Part shown: piece by piece, positions 9,827-19,289 of the stretch
Numbering within the stretch: position 1 is the first letter of the stretch
How the letters are laid out: each line of letters begins with the position of its first letter
NCBI GenBank assembly: GCA_963709905.1
Contig: CAVPYI010000010.1
Location: 8,028-72,027 of the forward strand
DNA length: 64,000 bases
Direction: 5' to 3'
From: an uncultured Gemmatimonadales bacterium
GTDB taxonomy: Bacteria > Gemmatimonadota > Gemmatimonadetes > Gemmatimonadales > GWC2-71-9
Notes under the pieces: generated by a model
What the model was told of the DNA's origin: nothing
What the model saw: the letters and a program-made list of their open reading frames with translations, nothing else
Databases searched by the model: none
Translations under genes and position numbers: made by a program

Positions 9827-10879
9827 CTACCGCGCTGACACCCGCCCCTGGCTCACCAGCGTCCAGGCGCACAGCTGGTACAGGATCCGCGCCCCCACGT
9901 TGGCGTCCCACTCGTTGCCATCCGGAGACGGCGATACCTCGTTCACGTCGAAACCGACGATCCGTCGGCCAGAACGGGCCACCGCAGCGATCAGGTGGAC
10001 CGCCTCCTGGAACTCGAGTCCTCCGGGCACAGGGGTCCCGGTGTGCGGGCAGAGCTTGGGATCGAGCCCGTCGATGTCGAAGGTGATCCATACCTCCGCC
10101 GGCAACGCCTCGACCGCCTCCTGGACAATCTGGTCCCACGAACCGCCCTGGAACGTCCGCCGGGCGGAGTCGGCATCGTAGAAGACCCGGATCCGATCTG
10201 GCTCGGCCAGGATGCGGTCCGCCTCCTCTTCGCAATAGTCCCGGATGCCGACCTGCACCACCCGCGCCACCTCGGGGATCCGGTCCACCACGTTGCGGGT
10301 GATCGACGCATGCGACCAGGTGAAGCCTTCGTAGGCCTCGCGGAGGTCCATGTGGGCGTCGATCTGGAGCAGCCCCAATCCCTGGTGCCGCATCGCGGCG
10401 GCGCGAATCGCGCCATATGGCGTGGAGTGGTCCCCGCCGATCAAGGCGGGAATCCTGCCGGCGTCCAGTATGGCGGCCACTTCGGACTCGACCAGGGCGT
10501 TCACCTCCTCCGAGAGGACGTTCACGCGAGTCAATGCTTTCCAAAGCGTCTCGTTGCCATCGATGTCGCCCCCGACGGCAATGATCTCGGTGGCGAGGGG
10601 ACGCGCCTCCTCGTTCCACGCCGCGAAGCGTGGATCCTCGGGCAGCAGGGCGATCCCGGCAGCGTAGGGACGCTCCACAAGGTGATCGAAGAGGTCCACC
10701 TGCCAGCTTGCCTCGTGGATCGCGGCGGGCCCACCGGCCGTCCCCCCGCTGTAGGAGGTCGTCGCTTCCCAAGCCACCGGCAGGCAGACGATCGCTGCCT
10801 CCTCGGGGGTGTGGGGCAGGCCAAAGAGCCCCGAACCCGGGGTGGCGGGAGCACTGGGATCAAAGCTGCTGTCGGTCAT
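9827..10879 (-). CDS. agmatinase/ureohydrolase family protein
   Basis: GGDHS, DAHMDLR, DIDGLDP..TGTPVPGG metal-binding motifs. Confidence 0.9.
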   Translation of the reverse strand: MTDSSFDPSAPATPGSGLFGLPHTPEEAAIVCLPVAWEATTSYSGGTAGGPAAIHEASWQVDLFDHLVERPYAAGIALLPEDPRFAAWNEEARPLATEIIAVGGDIDGNETLWKALTRVNVLSEEVNALVESEVAAILDAGRIPALIGGDHSTPYGAIRAAAMRHQGLGLLQIDAHMDLREAYEGFTWSHASITRNVVDRIPEVARVVQVGIRDYCEEEADRILAEPDRIRVFYDADSARRTFQGGSWDQIVQEAVEALPAEVWITFDIDGLDPKLCPHTGTPVPGGLEFQEAVHLIAAVARSGRRIVGFDVNEVSPSPDGNEWDANVGARILYQLCAWTLVSQGRVSAR

Positions 10880-10886
10880 GCCACTC

Positions 10887-12617
10887 TCAGGCAAAGGCCG
10901 GCGGGTGCCGGCGGTGGAAGTCGGTGGCGTCCTGATATGCCATGGCCACGCGGAGCAGTTCGGCCTCCCGGAACGGCTGGCCGATGAAGGTGATGCTGAC
11001 CGGGGTCCCCTGCTCGGTGAACCCGTTCGGGAGCACCACGGTGGGATGGCCGGTCAGGTTGGTGATCAGCAGCATGTTCCCGCCCGACGTCGGCGCGACC
11101 ATGACGTCGACGTCGCGCATCGCCTCGTCCATCTGGCGCATGAGGAGGGTGCGGACCCGGTTGGCCTGGATATAGTCCACCGCCGAGATGAACCGCGCCG
11201 ACCGGAAGCTGTTGGGCCAGGCACCTCGCTGCTGGCGGACCATGAGGTCGTCGAGGTTCTCGCGGGTGAGTTCATCGAACGCGGCGGCGGCTTCCGCCGA
11301 AAGGATGATGCGCAGCGCTGATACCGGCAACTCGGTGGGGCCGGTCACCGAGGCGAGGTTCATCCCCAGCCCCCGTAGGACACCAAGCGTCGCGTCATCG
11401 AACACCTTGGAGGACCGGTCCGGCGCAAAGGCGGCCTCCAGCATTCCCACCCGGATGCCCGGCAGGGGGCGCTCCGGCTGCCAGGCGAAGGACGCCTCCC
11501 GGACCGTCAGGTCCTTTCCGTCAGGGCCACGGATTGCATCGAATACCAGGGCGCAGTCCTCGACCGAGCGACACATCGGGCCGAGCTTGTCCATGCTCCA
11601 GGAGAGCGCCATCGCCCCGGCACGGCTGACCGCACCAAAGGTGGGGCGGAGACCGGTGATGCCACAGCGGGTGCTCGGCGAGACGATCGAACCCAATGTC
11701 TCGCTCCCGATGGCGAACGGCACGAGGCCCGCGGCCGTGGCCGAAGCCGGCCCGGCGGAGGACCCGCTGGACCCCTGCTCGGTGTTCCACGGGTTCTTGG
11801 TGGTGCCGCCGTACCACACGTCGCCCTGGGCCAGCTCGCCCAGGCTCAGCTTGGCCACGAGGACGGCACCGGCAGCGTCGAGGCGCTCCACCACCGTCGC
11901 GGTCTGTGGCAGCTGCTGATCACGATAGATCGGTGAGCCCCAGGTGGTCGGATAGCCGGGCACCGCGAGCAGGTCCTTGGCCCCCCAGGGGATGCCGTGC
12001 AGCGGCCCGCGCCAGCGACCGGCGGCGATCTCGGCGTCGGCGGTGCGAGCCTGCTGGAGGGCGCGCTCCTCGGTCAGGTTCACCACGCAACTCAGCGCCC
12101 CATCGTGCTGCCGGAACCTCGCCAGGGAAAGGCGGGTGAGCTCCTCGGAACTCACCGCCCGGGTCCGCACCAATTCGGACAGTTCTGCCACGGTGAGGAA
12201 TGCCAGCGCCGCATCGGTGGCCGGACGTGACACCTGCCGGATCCGGGCACGAGCTGCCGCTGGCGTCGAGGCCGCGCGAGGCGGCGCCTCGAGATGGAAG
12301 ATCAGCGCGGGCGCCACCTCATTCGGCAACGGCAGCGACCGGAGGTTGACGAGACTCCGAACTGCCGCGTTAAGGTCCTGGACCATCATCTCGCGTTCGG
12401 CCACCGTGAAGGTCAGGCCGAGGACGGTCTCTGCAGCGGCGATGACGGGAAGGGTGATCGGCCCCGCCTGTTGCTGACCCTGTGCTCCGGAAGTCGGGGC
12501 CTGTGCCGCGGCCTCCTGGTAGAGCGTGGCCGCGAGGCCGCCACCGATCCCCAGCGCCGTGCAGAGGCCGAGAAACGAGCGACGATCCACCCCGCCCACC
12601 AACGGTGTTTCCGACAT
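10887..12617 (-). CDS. amidase-signature family enzyme with Tat signal
   Basis: DRRSFLG Tat motif; GAKDL, GSSGSSAG, GSETLGSI. Confidence 0.9.
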   Translation of the reverse strand: MSETPLVGGVDRRSFLGLCTALGIGGGLAATLYQEAAAQAPTSGAQGQQQAGPITLPVIAAAETVLGLTFTVAEREMMVQDLNAAVRSLVNLRSLPLPNEVAPALIFHLEAPPRAASTPAAARARIRQVSRPATDAALAFLTVAELSELVRTRAVSSEELTRLSLARFRQHDGALSCVVNLTEERALQQARTADAEIAAGRWRGPLHGIPWGAKDLLAVPGYPTTWGSPIYRDQQLPQTATVVERLDAAGAVLVAKLSLGELAQGDVWYGGTTKNPWNTEQGSSGSSAGPASATAAGLVPFAIGSETLGSIVSPSTRCGITGLRPTFGAVSRAGAMALSWSMDKLGPMCRSVEDCALVFDAIRGPDGKDLTVREASFAWQPERPLPGIRVGMLEAAFAPDRSSKVFDDATLGVLRGLGMNLASVTGPTELPVSALRIILSAEAAAAFDELTRENLDDLMVRQQRGAWPNSFRSARFISAVDYIQANRVRTLLMRQMDEAMRDVDVMVAPTSGGNMLLITNLTGHPTVVLPNGFTEQGTPVSITFIGQPFREAELLRVAMAYQDATDFHRRHPPAFA

Positions 12618-12634
12618 CGTTGCCCCCGGAGTGA

Positions 12635-13864
12635 TCAGAATTCAGGTGCCCGCCAACGGGTTTCCCCGCGGCGAACAGTACGCAGACACGCGTTGGCGCG
12701 GAAATGGTACATCCAAAACTCCGGATCCGGCGCGTCGATGATTGCGAAATCCGCTGGCATCCCTGGCGCCAACGACCCCGCGTTCCCCTCCAACCCGATC
12801 GCCCGGGCGGCGATCGCGGTGGCGCCACGGAGCACCTCGCGCGGGGTCATCCGCTGCATCGTACAGGCGAGCATCATCGCCAGCGGCAGATGGTAGCTCG
12901 GCGCCGAACCGGGATTGAAATCGGTGGCCACGGCCACCGGTACTCCAGCCTCGATCAGCGCCCTGGCGGGGAGCGGTCGTTGGTTCAGGTAGAGCGTCGC
13001 GATCGGCAGGCTGACCGCCACGGTACCCGCCGCGGCCATCGCGGTGATCCCTGCCACGGAGATGCACTCGAGGTGATCGGCTGAAATGGCGCCGACCTCT
13101 GCCGCAAGTTCGGCCCCGCCCCCGGCGGTGAGCTGATCGGCATGAAGCTTTCCCCGCAGGCCAGCCCGGTTCCCCGCCTCGAGGATCCGGCGTGCCTCGT
13201 CCACCGGGAACGCCGTTTCCTCCACGAACACATCACAGAACCGCGCGAGCTTCCGGCGCCCCACCTCGGGGATCAGCTGATCGACCAGCATCGCCAGGTA
13301 GTCCTTCCGGCGAGCCTTGAATTCCGGCGGGACGACGTGGGCGCCGAGGAGGGTCGGGACGACCTGGATGGGATCGGTGCGTGCCAATTCGGCGTAGGCC
13401 TCCAGCAACCCGAGTTCGCTCTCGTAGCTCAGGCCATAGCCGCTCTTCGCCTCGATGGTGGTGACGCCAAGCCGCTCCATCTCGCGGAGGTGGGAACGGG
13501 CGCGGTCGACGAGCATCGGCACCGAGAGGCCCCGAGTGCGCGCCACCGTCGATGCGATGCCACCACCCGCGGCGGCGATCTCAAGGTAGTCGCGCCCTGC
13601 CAGCCGCTCGGCGAACTCGTCCCCACGCCACCCGCCGAAGGCCAAGTGGGTGTGGCAATCGACCAGGCCAGGAATGACCAGCCGCTGTCGGGCGTCCTCG
13701 GTCGGCCAATCCCGATACTCCGCAGGCAGGTCGGCCTCCGGGCCGACCCAGCGAATGACGCCATCCTCCCAGGCCATGGCGGCGGAGGGGATGGCGTCGA
13801 TCGCGTCCTGCGCCCCGTCGGGGAGGCAGCGGGCAAGGAGACCGATGGAGCGGAGGAGGGGCAT
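12635..13864 (-). CDS. hutI: imidazolonepropionase
   Basis: PGLVDCHTH, EAKSGYGL, KLHADQL, ATDFNPGS. Confidence 0.95.
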   Translation of the reverse strand: MPLLRSIGLLARCLPDGAQDAIDAIPSAAMAWEDGVIRWVGPEADLPAEYRDWPTEDARQRLVIPGLVDCHTHLAFGGWRGDEFAERLAGRDYLEIAAAGGGIASTVARTRGLSVPMLVDRARSHLREMERLGVTTIEAKSGYGLSYESELGLLEAYAELARTDPIQVVPTLLGAHVVPPEFKARRKDYLAMLVDQLIPEVGRRKLARFCDVFVEETAFPVDEARRILEAGNRAGLRGKLHADQLTAGGGAELAAEVGAISADHLECISVAGITAMAAAGTVAVSLPIATLYLNQRPLPARALIEAGVPVAVATDFNPGSAPSYHLPLAMMLACTMQRMTPREVLRGATAIAARAIGLEGNAGSLAPGMPADFAIIDAPDPEFWMYHFRANACLRTVRRGETRWRAPEF

Positions 13865-13968
13865 GGTACTCCTGAGCGAATCCGTAGGGGCCAGGCCTGC
13901 CCGGCCCGGAATGATCACATGATTCCCGGCGCTGTGAAGAGGTCGGGTGGGCCGGGCAGGCCCGGCCC

Positions 13969-15652
13969 CTACGGCATTGGTTGCACCATCGGCAAATCCA
14001 CCCCACGCTCATGGGCGGTGGTCGATCGCCAGGTCATACCCCGCATCGGCGTGGCGCATGACTCCGCTTCCGGGGTCGGCGGTCAGGACCCGCTCGCAGC
14101 CGGCGATCGGCCATCGCGGTCCCGTCGGCCACGGCGACCATCCCGGCATGCAAGGAATACCCGATGCCGACGCCACCGCCGTGGTGGATCGAGACCCAAC
14201 TGGCCCCGCAGGCGGTGTTCAGCATGGCATTCAGGAGTGGCCAGTCGGCGATGGCGTCCGAGCCGTCGAGCATCCCCTCGGTTTCGCGATTCGGCGAGGC
14301 GACGCTGCCGGTGTCGAGGTGGTCGCGGCCGATGACCAGCGGCGCGTGCGACCTTGCCGTGCTTGACCAGCCAGTTGAACCGGAGCCCCATCTCGGCGCG
14401 CTCGCCGTATTCCAGCCAGCAGATCCGGGCCGGCAGCCCCTGGAATTGGACCTTGCGACGCGCCTCCTCGATCCAGCGGCGCAGGGCGTCCTTCTTCGGG
14501 AAGGTCTCCAGGACCGCGTCGTCGGTGGTGGCGATGTCGGCGGGATCGCCGGAGAGCGCGGCCCAGCGGAATGGGCCGGCGCCCTTGCAGAACAGCGGCC
14601 GGATGAACTCAGGCACGAAGCCGGGGATTTCGAACGCCTCCGGCATTCCCCGATGGTCGGCGACCTGGCCGCGGAGGTTGTTGCCGTAGTCGAAGGCGAT
14701 CGCGCCACGCTTCTGGAACTCCCGCATCGCCTGGACATGCAGGACCATCGAGTCGAGCACGCGCGCCTCGTACCCGGTTGGGTCGCTTTCGCGCTGGACC
14801 TCCGCCTCGTCCAGGGTCATGCCGACTGGCAGGTAGCCCACACGCAGATCGTGTGCCGAGGTCTGGTCGGTAACGACGTCCACCGCGACACCCCGGCGGA
14901 CCAGTTCGGGCAGCACCTCGGCGATGTTGCCCACCAGCCCAACCGAGAGCGCCTCGCCGCGACTGCGGGCACGCCTCGACCGCGGCCAGTGCAGCATCGA
15001 GGCTGGTTTCGATCCGATCGCAGTAGCCGGAGTCCACCCGCCGCTGGATCCGGCTGGCGTCGACATCGACCCCGAGGAACGCCGCCCCGTTGAGCGTGGC
15101 CGCGAGGGGCTGGGCCCCACCCATGCCACCGAGCCCACCGGTCACGACCAGCCGGCCGGCGAGCGTCCCGCCGAAATGCTGTCGGGCGCATTCGGCGAAG
15201 GTCTCGTAGGTACCCTGGAGGATTCCCTGGGAACCGATGTAGATCCACGATCCGGCAGTCATCTGGCCGTACATGGTCAGGCCGAGCGCCTCGAGGCGGC
15301 GGAACTCATCCCAGGTGCCCCAACGGGGCACCAGGTTCGAATTGGCAATCAGGACCCGTGGCGCCTCGTCGTGGGTCCGGAATACCCCCACCGGCTTGCC
15401 ACTCTGAACCAGCAGCGTCTCGTCGTTTCCCAGGCGCCGGAGGGTCGCCACGATGGCATCGTAGCAGGCCCAGTTCCTGGCAGCCTTGCCACTGCCGCCA
15501 TAGACGATCAGGTCGTCTGGGCGCTCGGCCACGGCAGGGTCGAGGTTGTTCATCAGCATCCGGAGCGCCGCCTCCTGGTGCCAGCCTCGGCAGGACAGGG
15601 CGGTCCCGGTCGGCGCGCGAACGATCCGTGAGGTACTTGCGACGGTGGTCAC
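13969..15652 (-). CDS. hutU: urocanate hydratase (several frameshifts)
   Basis: [31 protein letters not shown] and IGRDHLD, spread over at least 3 frames. Confidence 0.93.
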
Positions 15653-15808
15653 GAACAACTCCCGAATTCTGGATCGAGGAAATCTAGCACTGGGGGGCGG
15701 TGGTCCGGGCTCAATTGACCGCCTTTCTGGCCCCAACTCAACATGGAGCCCTGTTTGTGCGTAAATTGGGCGTCCTGCGACCTGTTCTCCGCCCCGACCG
15801 GACTCCGA

Positions 15809-18561
15809 ATGCCTCAAGCGGTTTCAGCCCATCCCAGCTCGCTTCCACGCCGCCACCGGGCGGCGTGTCTACTAGTATCTCTGGTAGTCCTGCTCTTGGG
15901 AAACACCCTGCCGGCTGGCGCACAGGGGCCCGACCCCTCGGAGTTGAAGGAAGCGGTGGCGATGCGGTTCAATGGAGGCTCGATCCGGGTCGACGGCCGC
16001 CTGGACGACGCGGCCTGGCAGCAGGCGCTTTTTGTGAGTGACTTCCGCCAGAAGGACCCGGTGTTCGGATCGCCGCCGAGCGATCGCACCGAGGTGGCCT
16101 TCCTCTACGACGACGGCGCCCTTTACATCGGGGCCAGGATGTACAGCTCGGCCCCGGACCAAATCCCCTCCGCGCTGACCCGGCGAGACGGGTTTGGACG
16201 GGCCGAGCACCTGACGATTTCGCTCGATGCCTTTCTCGATCGGCGAACGGCCTCCAGCTTCACGATCACCTCCGGCAACGGGCGCCGAGACTACCTCAAT
16301 ACCCGTGACGCCGAGGACTTCCGGGCACGGGACTACAACTTCAATCCCGTCTGGGAAGGCAACGCGGTACTCGACTCCCTCGGCTGGACCGCGGAATTCC
16401 GGATTCCCTTCTCCCAGCTGCGGTTCTCCAACCTCCCCGTGCAATCGTGGGGGCTCAATATCCAGCGAGGGTTGCCCCAGAAGAACGAGGACGTCTTCTG
16501 GATCGCGGTGCCCCGCAACACGCCCGGGTTCATTTCCCACTTTGGGACGCTGACTGGAATCGAGGGAATCAAGCCCTCGAGCCGGATCGAGTTGCTGCCC
16601 TACATCGCCGGCACCGGGACGTTCGCCGGACGGCCGGTCCCCGGGAATCCGTTCGACGATGGCAGCACCACCTCGAGGAGCACCGGTGGCGACCTCAAGA
16701 TCGGCCTGGGCCCCAGCCTGACCCTCGACGCCACGATCAATCCCGACTTCGGCCAGGTCGACGCGGACCCGGCCGAGGTGAACCTCTCGGCCTTTGAGTC
16801 GTTCTTTCCCGGAGCAACGGCCGTTTTTCACCGAAGGCAGCCAACTGCTCAGTGGCAGCAGGGTGGTGGTGGTGGTGACGGAGGAGGGAGTTCGTACTTC
16901 TACTCGCGCCGGGTTGGCGCGGCGCCTCGCGGCTCGGCGTCAGGCGACTTTGTTGACCGCCCCGGCTCCACCCGGATCCTGGGCGCCGCCAAGGTGACTG
17001 GTCGAATCGCCCAAGGGTGGGAACTCGGCCTGTTCAGCGCCGTGACCGAGCGAACCTACGCCCGCACCTACGCAATCGACGATCAGTCGATCGCCGAAAT
17101 CGAGATCGAGCCCGTCACCGTCTTCGCGGTGGGCCGGCTCCAGCACCAGATCGGCGCCAGCGGCTCGACCCTGGGGTTCAGCCTGGCTTCGATGCGACGC
17201 GGGTTCTCGGAGGAATCCCCGCTGGCAGATCGATTCAGCCGTCAGTCGCTGGCCGGTGGCGGTGACTGGTCCCTCCGGTTCCAGGGGGGCGACTATTCCC
17301 TCAGCGGCAAGGCGGGCTTCAGCTACGTCGGGGGATCGACGGCAGCGATCCTACGAACCCAGGAGTCCTCCGCACGGTACTTCCAGCGCCCCGATGCCGA
17401 CTATGTGGAGGTTGACCCCGACGCCACGGCGCTGTACGGATTTTCGCTGGGGATGCGCGGAGCCAAGAATTCCGGTATCTGGCACTGGTCCGTCAGCCTC
17501 GATTCCGATTCGCCGGGCTTCGAGACCAATGACACGGGCCGCCTCACGAACGTGGACGATATCGGGGCATCCGCGGAGGTCACGCATGAGCCAGACCGAC
17601 CCCAAGGGGATCTTTCGCCGGTCGCGCCTCAGCCTCTCGGTGCGGTGCGGCTGGAATTACGGCGGGGTGCGCCGCGAGGGCCAGGTTCGATTGAGCATCC
17701 AGTGGGACGTTCATGAACTACTGGGACGCCAACCTCAACGCCCAGTACAATCCCCGCTCGATGAGCGACAACGCCACCCGCGGTGGCCCCCTGATGCAGA
17801 ACGGGCTGGCGGTGGCGCATGGACGGCAATATTTCGAACAACATGTCCAGCCAGACCACGGTTCGGCTGAATCTCGTGCACGAACGCGGGGAGTTCGATT
17901 CCTGGAACACTGAGGTCGGCCTCCGATTCGGGTTCAACCCCACGCAGACCCTCTCGCTCTCCGTCGACCCCGGCTTCAGCCGCCGGGTCAGCGCCCGGCA
18001 GTACGTCGGCCGGTTCAGCGAAGGCAGCGCCGCGACGTATGGGCAGCGCTACGTCTTCGCCAAGATCGAGCGAAGCCAGCTTTCCGATGCGCCTTCGGGT
18101 CAACTACTTGTTCAGCCCGACCCTCTCGCTCGAGGCCTACGGCGAGCCGTTCTCGGCCAGCGGGCGGTACTTTGGGTTTGGCGAACTCGAGGCGGCCGGG
18201 AGCCGGTTCCTGCGGGAGTACGGGCAGGCGCCAGGGACCACGATCACCCTGGCGGACCAGAACTACCAGGTGACCGACACGGAGGTGCCGGGGAGCTTCG
18301 GCTTCCGGAATCCCGACTTCAACAGCTTCTCGTTCCGAAGCAACCTGGTCGTCCGCTGGGAGTGGAATCCGGGGAGCACGATCTTCCTGGTCTGGCAGCA
18401 GAACCGGTCGGACTTCTGCAGCGGCGGCAGCGTGGACCTCTGCCCCAATGGCTCCGACGCCGGGATCACAGGCCACCGTCGCCTCGTTCGCCGACCCGTT
18501 CAAGCTCCCCGGCGACAATTTCGTGGCGGTCAAGGTGAGTTACTGGATCTCGGTGCGGTAG
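15809..18561 (+). CDS. DUF5916 / CBM9-like outer-membrane protein (frameshifted)
   Basis: [42 protein letters not shown]; ends KVSYWISVR*. Confidence 0.82.
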
Positions 18562-18568
18562 GACTGAC

Positions 18569-18788
18569 GCTAGGGGCTAGGGCCTGGGGGCTAGGGGTTG
18601 GGAAATGGGAAGCCGGATATGCCGGTGAGGGGTTTCGTGTGCCCCCGAGCGGCTGCTGCCGGCCCCAGAAGCGACGATCAGGTATTATTGCCGAGGGTTG
18701 CTCAGCCACGCCGCGAAGTAGCAGTAATGGAGGCCAGTCCTTCCGACAGCCTCCTGCCCCTGCCCCTAGCCCCTAACCCCTGACCCCT
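18569..18788. repeat. element bounded by inverted heptamer tandem repeats
   Basis: (GCTAGGG)n-like run at 18569-18610 and (CCTAGCC)n-like run at 18758-18788. Confidence 0.7.
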
Positions 18789-19231
18789 TGACTGACACCA
18801 CACCCGCCGCCCCAACCGCCCACCCCGCCTTCTCGGCCGCCTGGGCCGAGGCCTGGGGCAAGGAATTGAATGCCAATCCCACCTACCGGAAGGTTGCGGC
18901 CAAGTGGGAGGGAGACATCGTCCTCGAGATGGCGGTGGACGATGCCCAGGTCGGGCGATGCGATCTACCTCGACCTGTGGCACGGGGTCTGTCGAGCCGC
19001 ACGGGCAGCCACTACCGCCGATCATTCCGACCGCCCGGTACCTCTTCCAGGCCAATCGCAATCGCCTGGCGGCAGGTGCTCGGCGGCACGCTCTCGCCAG
19101 CCATGGCCATCCTGACCGGCAGGCTTCGCCTGGCGCGCGGCAGCCTGACCGACTTCCTCCCCTACGCGAGTGCGGCGGAGGCGTTGCTGGTGACCGGCGG
19201 TACCATCGAGGCCACCTTTCCCGATGAGTGA
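18788..19231 (+). CDS. SCP2 sterol-binding domain protein (internal frameshifts)
   Basis: FSAAWAEAW..LNANPTY, IYLDLWHGVCR (alternate frame), AILTGRLRL. Confidence 0.75.
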   Translation: MTDTTPAAPTAHPAFSAAWAEAWGKELNANPTYRKVAAKWEGDIVLEMAVDDAQVGRCDLPRPVARGLSSRTGSHYRRSFRPPGTSSRPIAIAWRQVLGGTLSPAMAILTGRLRLARGSLTDFLPYASAAEALLVTGGTIEATFPDE

Positions 19232-19289
19232 ATACCGTCCCCGCCGGCGACCTTCGCCGGCCCTGTCCCACCACCGAAGGAGCAGGCTC

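Noticed and set aside
9777-10772. N-terminal extension making a 1063-aa ORF
   Set aside because: It overlaps the agmatinase-like gene in another frame and reads as Arg/Gly-rich shadow. The real start with signal peptide is at 9776.
13969-15652. Programmed frameshifting in hutU and other split genes
   Set aside because: No consistent slippery sites, and several breaks per gene. Sequencing error is the simpler explanation.
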